Origin: a virus
Taxonomy: Duplodnaviria > Caudoviricetes
Reading direction: 5' to 3' (one strand)
Length of the DNA: 64,000 bases
IMG/VR virus record: IMGVR_UViG_3300020045_002727
Coordinates: 10,136-74,135 of that record
Below, in pieces: positions 17,634-28,315 of this stretch (within the stretch, counting starts at the first letter, position 1; each line of letters starts with the position of its first letter). The position numbers and the translations under genes were made by a program. The notes below the pieces were generated by a model. That model had not been told where the DNA came from, searched no databases, and was given only the letters and a program-made list of their open reading frames with translations.

Positions 17634-18453
17634 ACAATACGTAATAGCCGACCTCCATTTCAGCCATTTAAACATGGCTTTAAAACGAGGTTTCTCCTCA
17701 GCCGAGGAACACGACCAGCACATCATCGATAGATGGAACAGTGTGGTTAAAAAGAAGGATACTGTTTGGATTCTAGGTGATGTCACCATGGAGAAAAAAT
17801 CTCCGTATGACCTTCTGGATAAACTAAACGGTTACAAGAAAGTTGTACTAGGGAATCATGATGATGGTAATCACATTCCAGAATTATTGAAACATGTCAA
17901 TTCGGTTTGTGGAATGGTTAAGCACAAAGGATTTTTGTTAACACATTGTCCAGTCCATGAATCACAATTAGAAAGGTACGATGCAAACATACACGGACAT
18001 GTCCATGAGAACTCTTTAGAGGACTTTAGATACATTAATGTGAGTGCAGAGGTATTAGACTATACCCCAGTGGAAATTGATGCCTTAAAAGAAGTATTTT
18101 TACCAATTCCGAATTATGAAGGATTGTATGAAGTTTCTAATCATGGGAGGGTTAAGTCACTTGCTGGTAAAAACGAAAAGATTTTAAAGAATCGTACTGG
18201 CGGTAATACAAAATATCAGGCTGTAATTTTAAGTAAAAATGGAGTTCCTGAAAGCTGCCGAGTTCATTCATTGGTTGCTAAAGTTTTCCTTGGTCATACT
18301 CCATGTGGACACGAATTAGTGATAGACCATAAGAATAGTATTGCTACGCATAATTACCTTTGGAACTTACAGATTATAAGCCAGAAGGAGAATGTTGAGA
18401 AGATTAAGAGGCTCGGGAAGGACGGGTATATGAAAATTAATTCTAAATATTAA
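17623..18453 (+). CDS. Calcineurin-like metallophosphoesterase fused to NUMOD4-HNH endonuclease
   Basis: DLHF, LGD, LGNHD, HGHVH, then in frame IPNYEGLYEVSNHGRVKS...RVHSLVA...IDHKN...NLQ. Confidence 0.85.
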   Translation: MNHKQYVIADLHFSHLNMALKRGFSSAEEHDQHIIDRWNSVVKKKDTVWILGDVTMEKKSPYDLLDKLNGYKKVVLGNHDDGNHIPELLKHVNSVCGMVKHKGFLLTHCPVHESQLERYDANIHGHVHENSLEDFRYINVSAEVLDYTPVEIDALKEVFLPIPNYEGLYEVSNHGRVKSLAGKNEKILKNRTGGNTKYQAVILSKNGVPESCRVHSLVAKVFLGHTPCGHELVIDHKNSIATHNYLWNLQIISQKENVEKIKRLGKDGYMKINSKY

Positions 18454-18456
18454 ATT

Positions 18457-18717
18457 ATGTCAGATATTAAAAATATAAACGAACATGCTGGATGGTACGC
18501 TTCTTATTCAGGAGACCAAGGAGCAGCCTTAATCTTAGCACAGCAATTAAAAATAAAACAGCTGACTGAGTTAATTGATAAAATAAAAATGGATTTGGAA
18601 TTAACAGATGAGCCAAGAGTTGAATCTGATGAATTAGTTTTAAGCTCTATAAAGAAATTAGTTGAGAATATACCTGAAATAGAATATACTAAAGGTTATT
18701 TTAAATGGATTGGATAA
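18457..18717 (+). CDS. Hypothetical protein
   Basis: 86 aa, last gene before the convergent terminator. Confidence 0.65.
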   Translation: MSDIKNINEHAGWYASYSGDQGAALILAQQLKIKQLTELIDKIKMDLELTDEPRVESDELVLSSIKKLVENIPEIEYTKGYFKWIG

Positions 18718-18718
18718 C

Positions 18719-18751
18719 AAAAAACCCCGTTGGATTTCTCCTTCGGGGTTT
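18719..18751. terminator. Bidirectional terminator between convergent blocks
   Basis: AAAACCCCG-TT-GGA-TTTC-TCC-TT-CGGGGTTT. Confidence 0.75.
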
Positions 18752-18788
18752 ATCTTTTGTCACATATTTAGCATATATTTGTGACAGT

Positions 18789-21700
18789 TTACTCACTAAC
18801 TTTACTGGTTTTAACCAGCTCTTTACGTACTTTCTCTAGCTCTCTATAGCTATCAGCTTCAACTCCTGTTGTTGCTCTCAAACATTCCATTATAAACATT
18901 GCTCTCATAAATCTTAAATGTGATGGATTGTCCATTATAAAATGTTCCTCTTTACCCCAATCATTCGTGATGTATGCCTCACCATCGTAAGCAAAATCTG
19001 CATTCTCAACTATTTGATTCTTAATATCAACTGGTATAGAATAAATTCCATAAACACTTTTCCCTTTGTTATCAAATGTATAGAATGGTAAAGAACCGTT
19101 CTCTTTCTTATATGCATCAGCCCATTGTTTGTATGTAGTAAATTCTTCATCTTCGTTTCCGAATAAATAATGGAATCTATTTAACAACTCAATCTGACTA
19201 TCCTCCATGAAATTACCAATTAATAATGGATTCAAATCCTTTGTCAGGTTAGAGTAAAACTGTTTAGTCTTAAACTTCCAATCAATCTCTTTATTCATCC
19301 ATTCTTGGTGTCTTTCACTATCATCTTCATCGTCAACTAGGAATGAGAACAACGCTGCCGTATTTGATGTTAAAAGTGTTAAAGCAAAAGCCTTAATCCC
19401 TTGGAACATCACTTGTTCAGTTACCGTTGCTGCTAATGACCTAACAGATTTCTTTAATGATGTATTTTTACCTTGTGATGTTGTGTGAGCATTTTGTAAC
19501 ATGTTACCGTTCATAACAGAATCGATTAATTCTCTTGATGTCATGTTTTGAACTTGTTGTGCAAACTTACCATTCTTACGGGTATTCATAATTTCACTAA
19601 TATCTAAAGTCATCCTCATTTTACTGTTGATGTTGAATTGCTGGAATGGTAAGAAGATTGAACGTAATGCTGCAACCCCAACATGAGGATTGCTGAACAA
19701 ACTGGCAGACCTTTGGTTATTTGATGCTACTTGTGTTTCTTCAACTCTAACCTCTGCATAAGATGCTGCAAGTTGTCTAACTTCATCATTCTCTATCAAT
19801 TCATGTTCTCTTGAAATGTCAATGTTATTAACATCTCGACCATTCTTCTTCAAGTACTCTAAATAATAAGTAGTCCATGCTGCTCTAGCCACAGCCTCGT
19901 CACCAGCTTGTAAAGGTTTCATTAAAACATCCCTTGTTTTATCAAAGAACTGTCCAAACTTCCTAGAGACATTAGATACACCTCCAGATACACCTTTATA
20001 TTTATTCAAGTCTGTTGCACTATCCGCTATAGAACGAGTACCTAAAATACTCTTACCACGCATACTCGTTGAGTAATCTTCAAGTAATGTGTTGTTTTGT
20101 GACACTCTAAAATTAGATATGAAACTACCCATGTTTTTAGTACCAACTTGAACAGCTACTTGTGACATAACTGGAACAGTTTGTTTTATGATAGCTGTAA
20201 CACCACCTAACGCAGCTGTAACCCCAATTCTCTTGAATACACTTTCAACTTTTGATATAGCTCTTTCAGAATCTGATGTTTCATTTAAAAATCCAGAAGC
20301 TAACTTTTGCATGTAGTTTATTCTATTAACGAAAACAGATGTTGTATTTTTACCCATTAAGGCTTTAATCTGCTTACTATTGAAGAAACTTCTTATGTGT
20401 TGCATCGCACTGGAAGTGTGAATGTCATTCAGACCCATTTTAAACCTATTCAACATCGCTGCATCAAAATCTAAATCTAGCATACCATTGTTAGGTAACT
20501 TTTTAGATTTGTTTCGCTTAACGGTTGTAGAAGCCTGTTTAGGTGCTGAAATCCCACCATAATTAAATGATGAGCCACTTTCTTCATCTAATGATGCCCC
20601 TCTATCAACTTTTATTTTGATAGGTAAGTAATTATCAGATACTTCGTTAAATATTTCGTTATGAACTACTTCTGTATTCTCCTTCAATTCTTCCTTAATA
20701 CTTGCAAACTTATCCATCCAGAATTTAACAAGTTCATAGTTACCATCATCTCTTGATTTTAAATGGTCTAATATTTCTTGTTGTGTTTCAAAACCTTTAA
20801 ACTCATCATAAATTGATTGAGTTTCATCTTGGTATTTATCATCCTTCTTGATGTGGTCTTCCATTCTAGCCTTATTAATCTCTAACTCCTCTTTGGTACT
20901 ACCTTGGATTAAGTTTGAGACTACTCCACGTAACATTGTGTTATCTGAGTTTCTAAGGTTTTTATTTTTAACCGATAAAGTTTTGAATAATGAATCCAAC
21001 TCTTTAGTTGCAGCATCTACCAATCTATCAACTCGAACTTGACCTTTACTTAAATTACTCAAACCTGAGAAGTAGTTAAATTCACCCATTAATGCTGGTG
21101 TCTTGTAAACTTCTTTCATCATCAATGCCAGAGATTTAAGGTCATTTATTGGATTACCTTTTGTAACTTTAGTGTCAATGTTTATCTTACCTAATGGTAC
21201 ACCTGACTTAATCACTTTCGTTACAAACTTATACATACTATTGATGGCTTCTATTTCTGATGCTATTTTACCAGCTCCAGCTAAATTACCATTTGTGAGT
21301 AAATTTTGAACTGCTTTGATGTACTCTTTAAGAGCTACTGAATCCATAAATTCAAGGTTAGCTTTACTCAATTGTTTAGCCACCTCTCTCGATTTTGGTA
21401 GTTTGATTGTGTTAAAATCAAAACCACTAATTGCTAACTCATATATTTCAGCAATAGATTTCAACTTATCCTTTAAAGCGTTAGCTTTATCAAGGGATGC
21501 TTGTTTCTTCTCTTCTAGTGTTGCACCATCTACATTAATATCTGTATCCCAGAAATCTCTTAATTCTGAATCAGTCATATTCAAACCTGTTACATCTATA
21601 CCCATCAAGCCTAAAGCATCTTTGATTTCTTCAATCCTGTTAGCTTCTGCGTTGTCAACTAGCTTTTGTAGAGTGTTGTAAGCAGCATCTACATCTACCA

Positions 21701-24700
21701 TTTTCTGTTTACTACCTTGAACTGGAGCGTTTGAGTTTTTAATCTCATTAAGTAAATCAGAGAAAACTTGTAAGTCTGCTTGATTTAAGTATTTCTCATT
21801 AACCCCATTGGCAGCTTTACCTAACTCCCTAACGTTTGCTGGTGTAGTCTTTGGTAATCTGTTGACATCTCTTTTTGCTTTCCTAACTTCAACGAGTTTA
21901 GCTCTATCATTTATTTTTGATATAACCTTATTAACCCTATCCATGAATTTAGCCACCGCTGCTGCATCACTTGTATTTAATTTTACAGCACCTTTAAGCA
22001 TCGATTTTAATATCGCTGGACTAATTGTTCCATTCTTAGATAATGTTTCAACCAACTGTCTTAAATTAGCTACAGCGGCTGTCCTGTTTTGATTATCAAA
22101 TGACCTTTGAACTCTTTGAGCTTGTTCAGCTGTTTTAAGTTTAAGTTTTAACAATTTGCTTTCGGTTGTTTCAACCTTACGAGATGTATCGGTTTGACCT
22201 GTCTTCTCACGGATTGTCTTCTTAATTTTAGAAGACTTATTACGAGTTTCCTTACGGATTTGCTCCTCACTGTTTGAGATAATGTCTAATAAACCTTGTT
22301 TGTGAAACTCACTCTTTTCAGATTTGGTTAGATTCTTGTACCAATCAGTGTTAACAATATGATTTAAACCTGCTGATGTAATATCCGCTGTAAGTTTTGA
22401 AACTTTGGCTGCAATAATCATTGCATCGATAGCCCCAGATAAAACTTGTGTTGGAACGAACATACTGTTAAGATTACCTTTACTTTGTTCTTTCAAGGTA
22501 GCTTTAGCTTTTTCTAGTAATGATATGGCTTTGTTAACACCCAAATCACTAGCTAAGTCAATCTTCTCAATTTCTTTTACAGTTTCCTGTACTTCTGGTT
22601 CAGCACCTTGTTCTGTTCTGGTGTTAAAATCATACCCTACTGAGTAATCTACATTCTTACCACCTATTTTAATTGCTGAGTAATCATCTGGTCTTGATTC
22701 AAATGCATCATTTTCTTTAACTCTAGGGTTCATCGTACCATCTTGATAAATCAGACCTTCATCTGTGGCTACTGATTTTTGCTTGAACTCTTTAGCAAAC
22801 TCTATGGCATCCTCTTTGGTTAAATCCTCAACTAAGAAACTATTTTCAGAGTTACCGTATTTACCGAATATTGGTTGTGGGTCGTAACCTTTAGATTTCA
22901 ACCATTCGATAGCTCTTTCATTGTTATTGAAATTAGCATCATCTGATACTTGTTCGGCATCTGGATTCTCAGCTGTCAACATTCCCCACTTACCATTTTG
23001 GATGGTCTCCTTGAAATCTTCCTCTGTTTTAAATTTAGATTCTGGTAAGGTCTCTTTAGTTTGAGCATCCCATTCAGCAGTCCTTTCAGTTTTTATACCG
23101 CTATCAACTACTTGCTCGGTCTTTTTGGTTTCCTCGGTTTGCCCTTGGTTGACCTGTCCTTCTTCATTAACGGCTTCGGTATTGTTGAGCCTTGTTTTTG
23201 TGACATCTAATAATTGTTTTAGTTCTGTTTTCTCTTTATCAATACGTTCTTTGTAAGTCTCTTTCAAGGCTGGGTGAACGTTATCCATTTGAACAGTGAT
23301 GTTATCAATAGATTGAAGTTTTTTCATTACTTCAAAAGCTACAGTATTATTTGTTTTAGGTGGAATTTGATTACTATACTTTTTGAATGTATCTACATCT
23401 TCCCTTAATGCTTTAGCTTGTTCTGGTGTGGCTAAACCTTTACTTACGTAATTATCTAATGATTTAGTAAAATTATCGTAGTTTTGATTTAATTTAGATA
23501 ACACATCCAATTTATCCATTCCTTTCATCATTGATGGGCTATTCATTATCAATGCTGATGTGAAAGCCAATGATGTAGTATTTATGAAATCTTCCATGGT
23601 GTAAGTATCTTTTAATAGATTCTCACCAGCTAGTTCATTTATGTTCTTGTTTACTACAGTGTTTTCAAGACCTTGTTGGATGTTTTCTTGAACAACTTCT
23701 TTACCTGCTTCTTCTAAGGCTTGAACACCACCCCTTTGAACATTAGATAATGAATTTTTAACACCTTTAAGAAGTCCTTTAGAACCTTCTTTTAAAGCAT
23801 TTTTAAATGAATCCATTCCTTCTGTTTCAATTAATGGTAGAGCTTTACGAATCAAACTTTTAACACTATTTCCTTCAAGTGCTTGTAGTATAGGTGTTTG
23901 AGGTGCTATGAATGCTGTAGCTCCGTATAACAGTGCCATTTCTGCACCTGCCTCATTAGCTATCAGTTTAGCATCATCATCACTCTTACCAGCTTCTTTC
24001 ATCGCTGAATACGCTGTTTCATAACCGTTTGAATAACCGTATGCACCTTGTGTAATTAATACATCACCATATAAAGATGGTATTTTGGTTAACTTGTCAG
24101 CCAGTGGTGAAGACATTACTCTACCTAATCCAGTGTTAGCCACTACATTTTCAATGGTAGAAGCCAAACCTATTTCTTCTGCTCCAACAGCGGCTATTTT
24201 ACCAATGGTTGAAGTTGCAGAACCGATTCCTCTTGTTAACAATAATTGAATAGCCATATCACCGATTACACCTGATGACTGTTGAACCATACCACCTATA
24301 GATGTAGAACTTGAAGTGTTTTTAACTCCTGATGCCATGTTCTTGATTTCATTGTAATCACTATCATCTAGGACATCAGTAGCTCTTAATTTCTCGTCAA
24401 CATCATAAATATCTCCAGTTCTTTCGTTGTATAAATAATTAGTTCCTTTGTAGTTCACTTCTTTACCTGTGGCGTGACTGTAGTATAAATCAGGTACAGA
24501 TGTGTATCTGGATTCTTGTTCCTTTTGTAATCTGATATTTGTAGCTTCATCGTCTAAACCTACTTTATCTAGTACTGTAGCACTTAATCCGTGGATACTT
24601 TGTATTACACCTTCATAAGCACCCTTCAAACCATTAGTCCATCTATCTCCGTTACCTTCTTTGTACTTCTTGTATTCCTCTTTAACCCTTTCTTTTTTGG

Positions 24701-25580
24701 CTTCTTCATATGCCTTATAAGCTGGTAGGTTCTTACTTATGAAATTGATATACTTTTCAGTTTTATCTTTCAAGTTTTTAGAAGACATTTCATAAAGAGC
24801 ATCAGCATTCTGAACACCACTATTTTTAAGTTCGATTGCGTGAGCTAATGCTTTTTTATCTTTGGCTGTAGATTGGTCGAAGTATTTATTTAGTAAGTTT
24901 AATCTTTGAGTGTCGTAAGCTAAATCAGAATCATACATATCAGCTTTATTAAACTTACCATCTTGAACCAATTGATTAAACCCTTCTTTTAATCCATTAA
25001 CTTCTAAGTACCCATCAAAATCTTTAGGGTCTACACCCATATCTTGTAACTCTTTCTTACCAAAATATTTACTAACAAAATCATCAGCATCAGTTTCTAT
25101 CTCTAAAACCTTATCACCTTCTTTTTTATAAGTGACTGCTGTTTTGGAGAATCTAGCATAAGGATTATCTAAATCATATTGAGTTTCCTCCAGAGGTGCT
25201 TCTTCTGCTTGTTTATTAGCTAAAGCTGTTTCAGCTTGAATTTGCTGATTAAGGTTTGGATTTTGCTTTTTATAAGCGGTTTGTTTCTTTACCTCTGCAT
25301 TAGTTTGCTCTTTAGTTATTGATTTAGTCGGGTCTTCTAAATCATAAAGGTTCTCTTTTATTTTAGATGGTTTTACCGAGTAATCTTTTAGCAAAGAGTA
25401 TTGAGTCCCCCCACCACTTTTTACTGCGGTGGGTTGAGACTTTTTTCCTTTGGTTTCATTATAACGTGAAATGACCGATTTAATGTTTTCTGGTGACTCT
25501 TTGGCAGCCTCCATCTTTTTAATGATACCTGCTAACTCTTGTTTTTGAGCTGGGTCTAAAATTATTTCTTCTTCGTCCAT
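18789..25580 (-). CDS. Very large internal virion / ejection protein (2263 aa) with embedded DUF3293-like domain
   Basis: Size, helical composition and position as last of three post-tail genes; LTAENP...GKYGNSENSFLV segment. Confidence 0.7.
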   Translation of the reverse strand: MDEEEIILDPAQKQELAGIIKKMEAAKESPENIKSVISRYNETKGKKSQPTAVKSGGGTQYSLLKDYSVKPSKIKENLYDLEDPTKSITKEQTNAEVKKQTAYKKQNPNLNQQIQAETALANKQAEEAPLEETQYDLDNPYARFSKTAVTYKKEGDKVLEIETDADDFVSKYFGKKELQDMGVDPKDFDGYLEVNGLKEGFNQLVQDGKFNKADMYDSDLAYDTQRLNLLNKYFDQSTAKDKKALAHAIELKNSGVQNADALYEMSSKNLKDKTEKYINFISKNLPAYKAYEEAKKERVKEEYKKYKEGNGDRWTNGLKGAYEGVIQSIHGLSATVLDKVGLDDEATNIRLQKEQESRYTSVPDLYYSHATGKEVNYKGTNYLYNERTGDIYDVDEKLRATDVLDDSDYNEIKNMASGVKNTSSSTSIGGMVQQSSGVIGDMAIQLLLTRGIGSATSTIGKIAAVGAEEIGLASTIENVVANTGLGRVMSSPLADKLTKIPSLYGDVLITQGAYGYSNGYETAYSAMKEAGKSDDDAKLIANEAGAEMALLYGATAFIAPQTPILQALEGNSVKSLIRKALPLIETEGMDSFKNALKEGSKGLLKGVKNSLSNVQRGGVQALEEAGKEVVQENIQQGLENTVVNKNINELAGENLLKDTYTMEDFINTTSLAFTSALIMNSPSMMKGMDKLDVLSKLNQNYDNFTKSLDNYVSKGLATPEQAKALREDVDTFKKYSNQIPPKTNNTVAFEVMKKLQSIDNITVQMDNVHPALKETYKERIDKEKTELKQLLDVTKTRLNNTEAVNEEGQVNQGQTEETKKTEQVVDSGIKTERTAEWDAQTKETLPESKFKTEEDFKETIQNGKWGMLTAENPDAEQVSDDANFNNNERAIEWLKSKGYDPQPIFGKYGNSENSFLVEDLTKEDAIEFAKEFKQKSVATDEGLIYQDGTMNPRVKENDAFESRPDDYSAIKIGGKNVDYSVGYDFNTRTEQGAEPEVQETVKEIEKIDLASDLGVNKAISLLEKAKATLKEQSKGNLNSMFVPTQVLSGAIDAMIIAAKVSKLTADITSAGLNHIVNTDWYKNLTKSEKSEFHKQGLLDIISNSEEQIRKETRNKSSKIKKTIREKTGQTDTSRKVETTESKLLKLKLKTAEQAQRVQRSFDNQNRTAAVANLRQLVETLSKNGTISPAILKSMLKGAVKLNTSDAAAVAKFMDRVNKVISKINDRAKLVEVRKAKRDVNRLPKTTPANVRELGKAANGVNEKYLNQADLQVFSDLLNEIKNSNAPVQGSKQKMVDVDAAYNTLQKLVDNAEANRIEEIKDALGLMGIDVTGLNMTDSELRDFWDTDINVDGATLEEKKQASLDKANALKDKLKSIAEIYELAISGFDFNTIKLPKSREVAKQLSKANLEFMDSVALKEYIKAVQNLLTNGNLAGAGKIASEIEAINSMYKFVTKVIKSGVPLGKINIDTKVTKGNPINDLKSLALMMKEVYKTPALMGEFNYFSGLSNLSKGQVRVDRLVDAATKELDSLFKTLSVKNKNLRNSDNTMLRGVVSNLIQGSTKEELEINKARMEDHIKKDDKYQDETQSIYDEFKGFETQQEILDHLKSRDDGNYELVKFWMDKFASIKEELKENTEVVHNEIFNEVSDNYLPIKIKVDRGASLDEESGSSFNYGGISAPKQASTTVKRNKSKKLPNNGMLDLDFDAAMLNRFKMGLNDIHTSSAMQHIRSFFNSKQIKALMGKNTTSVFVNRINYMQKLASGFLNETSDSERAISKVESVFKRIGVTAALGGVTAIIKQTVPVMSQVAVQVGTKNMGSFISNFRVSQNNTLLEDYSTSMRGKSILGTRSIADSATDLNKYKGVSGGVSNVSRKFGQFFDKTRDVLMKPLQAGDEAVARAAWTTYYLEYLKKNGRDVNNIDISREHELIENDEVRQLAASYAEVRVEETQVASNNQRSASLFSNPHVGVAALRSIFLPFQQFNINSKMRMTLDISEIMNTRKNGKFAQQVQNMTSRELIDSVMNGNMLQNAHTTSQGKNTSLKKSVRSLAATVTEQVMFQGIKAFALTLLTSNTAALFSFLVDDEDDSERHQEWMNKEIDWKFKTKQFYSNLTKDLNPLLIGNFMEDSQIELLNRFHYLFGNEDEEFTTYKQWADAYKKENGSLPFYTFDNKGKSVYGIYSIPVDIKNQIVENADFAYDGEAYITNDWGKEEHFIMDNPSHLRFMRAMFIMECLRATTGVEADSYRELEKVRKELVKTSKVSE

Positions 25581-25586
25581 TCTATT

Positions 25587-27275
25587 TTATTTGTATTTGT
25601 TAATTAAAGCATCTGCATCTTCTGTGTTACTATTACTTTGCTCCCAAGCATCTAATTGAGATTGTGCTTTCTTCTTACTTGCTTCGCTCTTGTAATCTAC
25701 TGTGATTTTTGTTTTACCATCTGGAGATACAATGTCTATATCATTACCCCAAGAGAAAGGATTAAGACTAGAACCTGAATTAGCTACTTTCCATCCATCT
25801 GGTAAACTAGCTTGTAATACTTCGGATGCTTTATCATCATCCCCGATTCCAGCTTTCTTGATTGCTGCCAAACCTTCTGCGAATCCAGCCCCAATATTAC
25901 CAGTTTTAGTAGGTCTATCATAAGGTTTTCCTTGTTCTCTAATTGCTATTTCAACTAATCCTTTATCTCTACCAGAACTTAGGTTATCTGATTGAGCTAT
26001 GAAGTTTACAACACCTTGTTTAGTTTTTGGTACTCTTTGTGTTGTACCATCACTAAATTTAACAATAAATTCATTTTTCAAGTCTGTCACTCCAGTAGAT
26101 GTCTTTTTAGTCTTTTTATCTGGAGATGTTATAATAACACCTACCATTCCAGAGACATCACCTTTCATTGATTGGTCGGCATCATAAGATAAACGTTGAG
26201 CCATCTCTGTAACTTCATCTTTCTTAGCTTCTGGTTTAGCTCTCCTAATTTCTTCGTCTGCTAAAGCTGCTCTTTTCTTCTCAGCTAGTTCAGCTTCCTC
26301 TAAGTTAAGTTTAGAACCTGAAACAACCTTCTCATCACCCATAACACGGTTATACAAGTCTTCCTCTGCTGCTTTTCTCCATTCGGCTAGTTTGGCTGGA
26401 TTTGCTTTGAAATCCTCCAATGTAACACCTAAATTCTCACCAGCCCATGCTTTAACGTTGGCATCTGTGATACGATTTTTAATTACAGTTCTTAATTGTT
26501 TCTCAGCTACGGGATTATATCCTTCTGTAGTAACATCTCTATTTTTAGCATAATAAGATTGTTTGAAAGAACCCATATCACCTTTTAATGCTGTAACGGC
26601 TGCATCTGCATCAAATTTATCTACGTTGTTTAATGTACCATCTAAATAATCTTCAACGTAAACTGGTAAAGCTGTTACTGTACCATCTTCATTGATTTGT
26701 TTTATTTTAGGTACAATTCTATCATTGTCATCCCATTCTGCTGATGCTTCACTTGCTGAACCATTAGCTAATCTATCTAATTTATTCCAAGCGTTGTTAT
26801 AAAATGAAGACATTGTACCTGTTTGATTTGCTTTGAATAAAGCATCATGAGCCGCTTTTAAATTCTTAGCTGTAGCATCGTACCTGTTAGCCTCTCTCTT
26901 TAAGGCTTCCATTTTATTGTTTGTTTCAGACATTTTCTTGAAGTCCCCTAACTTACTGGCAGCATCATACTCTAATTTGTATTTAGAATGTCTTTCTGCC
27001 AGTGTGTTAGCTAAACTCACTTTCTTTTCATCATCACTACCAAAACCTGATAATTGTGGTGTCCAAACATATTCTTTACTTTTAACATCAGCTTTTCTTT
27101 CTGCTTCTGCTTTGGCTGCCGCATCCTCTTTCCTAACTCTAGCTCTTTCATTAGCTAAATCTGCGGCTGCTTTTCTTTTACCAGCTTCTGCTCCCCAAAA
27201 TTGAAGGGAATCACTTAATCCATCTTTAGGAACTTCTAATTTAGAGTATCCTAATCCATTTATACCTATAGCCAT
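25587..27275 (-). CDS. Putative internal virion / ejection protein (562 aa)
   Basis: Ala/Lys-rich helical protein between the small and giant ejection-like genes. Confidence 0.6.
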   Translation of the reverse strand: MAIGINGLGYSKLEVPKDGLSDSLQFWGAEAGKRKAAADLANERARVRKEDAAAKAEAERKADVKSKEYVWTPQLSGFGSDDEKKVSLANTLAERHSKYKLEYDAASKLGDFKKMSETNNKMEALKREANRYDATAKNLKAAHDALFKANQTGTMSSFYNNAWNKLDRLANGSASEASAEWDDNDRIVPKIKQINEDGTVTALPVYVEDYLDGTLNNVDKFDADAAVTALKGDMGSFKQSYYAKNRDVTTEGYNPVAEKQLRTVIKNRITDANVKAWAGENLGVTLEDFKANPAKLAEWRKAAEEDLYNRVMGDEKVVSGSKLNLEEAELAEKKRAALADEEIRRAKPEAKKDEVTEMAQRLSYDADQSMKGDVSGMVGVIITSPDKKTKKTSTGVTDLKNEFIVKFSDGTTQRVPKTKQGVVNFIAQSDNLSSGRDKGLVEIAIREQGKPYDRPTKTGNIGAGFAEGLAAIKKAGIGDDDKASEVLQASLPDGWKVANSGSSLNPFSWGNDIDIVSPDGKTKITVDYKSEASKKKAQSQLDAWEQSNSNTEDADALINKYK

Positions 27276-27277
27276 AA

Positions 27278-27844
27278 TTAAACTACTGCTCCTTTTTTAC
27301 CTTTACCAAATCCCATTAAAGCACCAAATGAAGTATCACCTTCTGCCTTGGTAGCACCGTACATTGCACTTGCTGCACCTAAAGCATTAACTCCTTGTGT
27401 TATACCTTGATATTTCATACCCATACCAACATTAAGAGCATTCGCATAACCAGATAACTCCTCTGCTTGTCTTCTCTCTGTCATGTTCTGCATTTCAACT
27501 TCTCTTTGAGAGGTGTTGTTATCAATTGCTTTTTGTTGCTCATCTAAGTTAGCAGCTATCTTCCTGTTCACATCATTTGAACTTTCAACAACAGATGGTA
27601 CACCACCAATCACACCTCTAGTTCCAGCGTTTCTCATTGCTTCCACGGCTGTAGCATTTGTTATTTGATTTTGTTCTATTTGTAAATCTGAACCTAATGT
27701 GCTTACCTTTTGTGTTTTAAATGGATTAGTAAGTTCTTGCCATCTGAATGAATTAATTCTAGCTTGTGCATCACTTTCCATTTTCTTACCTTGAAAATAA
27801 CTCATACCTGCACCAACTGCTGATAATCCTAATTGTACTGCCAT
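27278..27844 (-). CDS. Putative small ejection protein (T7 gp14-like position)
   Basis: Gly/Ala-rich termini with a Gln/Asn-rich coiled middle. Confidence 0.6.
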   Translation of the reverse strand: MAVQLGLSAVGAGMSYFQGKKMESDAQARINSFRWQELTNPFKTQKVSTLGSDLQIEQNQITNATAVEAMRNAGTRGVIGGVPSVVESSNDVNRKIAANLDEQQKAIDNNTSQREVEMQNMTERRQAEELSGYANALNVGMGMKYQGITQGVNALGAASAMYGATKAEGDTSFGALMGFGKGKKGAVV

Positions 27845-27845
27845 A

Positions 27846-28244
27846 TTATAATTGTTTTAAGTAGAAGGTACAACCTTCATCGTTTATTGTAAAATTACTT
27901 TCTTCAAATTCTTTCATCAATTTTGGATTTAAACTGGTTGTTATCAATCTGGAAAACCCTTGATATTTCAACGTTGTACCAATAATGTCTAAAAGGTATT
28001 TGAATGCACCCTCTTTTGAAGTCTTTGGTGCTTTTTTATTCCCTGTTGGGAATCCTATCCATGCGAAATTTGAATCTGTTACGTAGACAGGTATTGCATA
28101 TAAGTCAATCTCATTAACTTCATCATAAACAACGTAAATTCTATCTGGTAAACATTCTATTGGTAAGATTGGAAATCCCCAATCATTCCACATTTCTACT
28201 AAAGTACTGTAGTAGTTCAGTTTATTTTCTAATCTCCAATTCAT
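27846..28244 (-). CDS. GNAT-fold-like protein (T7 gp13-like position)
   Basis: 132 aa immediately before the ejection genes; fold call is inference from position and pattern. Confidence 0.45.
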   Translation of the reverse strand: MNWRLENKLNYYSTLVEMWNDWGFPILPIECLPDRIYVVYDEVNEIDLYAIPVYVTDSNFAWIGFPTGNKKAPKTSKEGAFKYLLDIIGTTLKYQGFSRLITTSLNPKLMKEFEESNFTINDEGCTFYLKQL

Positions 28245-28264
28245 TGTAATTAAATTTGTATATG

Positions 28265-28272
28265 CAAAGATA
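28265..28272 (-). promoter_or_regulatory. -7 promoter element (TATCTTTG) for ejection-protein operon
   Basis: CAAAGATA on + strand, 21 nt upstream of the ATG at 28244. Confidence 0.75.
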
Positions 28273-28276
28273 ATAA

Positions 28277-28311
28277 AAAAGTCCTATAACACAAATGATT
28301 ATAGGACTTTT
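28277..28311 (-). terminator. Intrinsic terminator after tail genes
   Basis: AAAAGTCCTATAA-N9-TTATAGGACTTTT. Confidence 0.85.
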
Positions 28312-28315
28312 ATTG

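Noticed and set aside
20463-20477. DLDFD (DxDxD) in the 2263-aa protein as a crAss-type virion RNA polymerase active site
   Set aside because: The context (GMLDLDFDAAML) lacks recognisable double-psi beta-barrel motifs and sits in a helical C-terminal region; five residues are not enough evidence.
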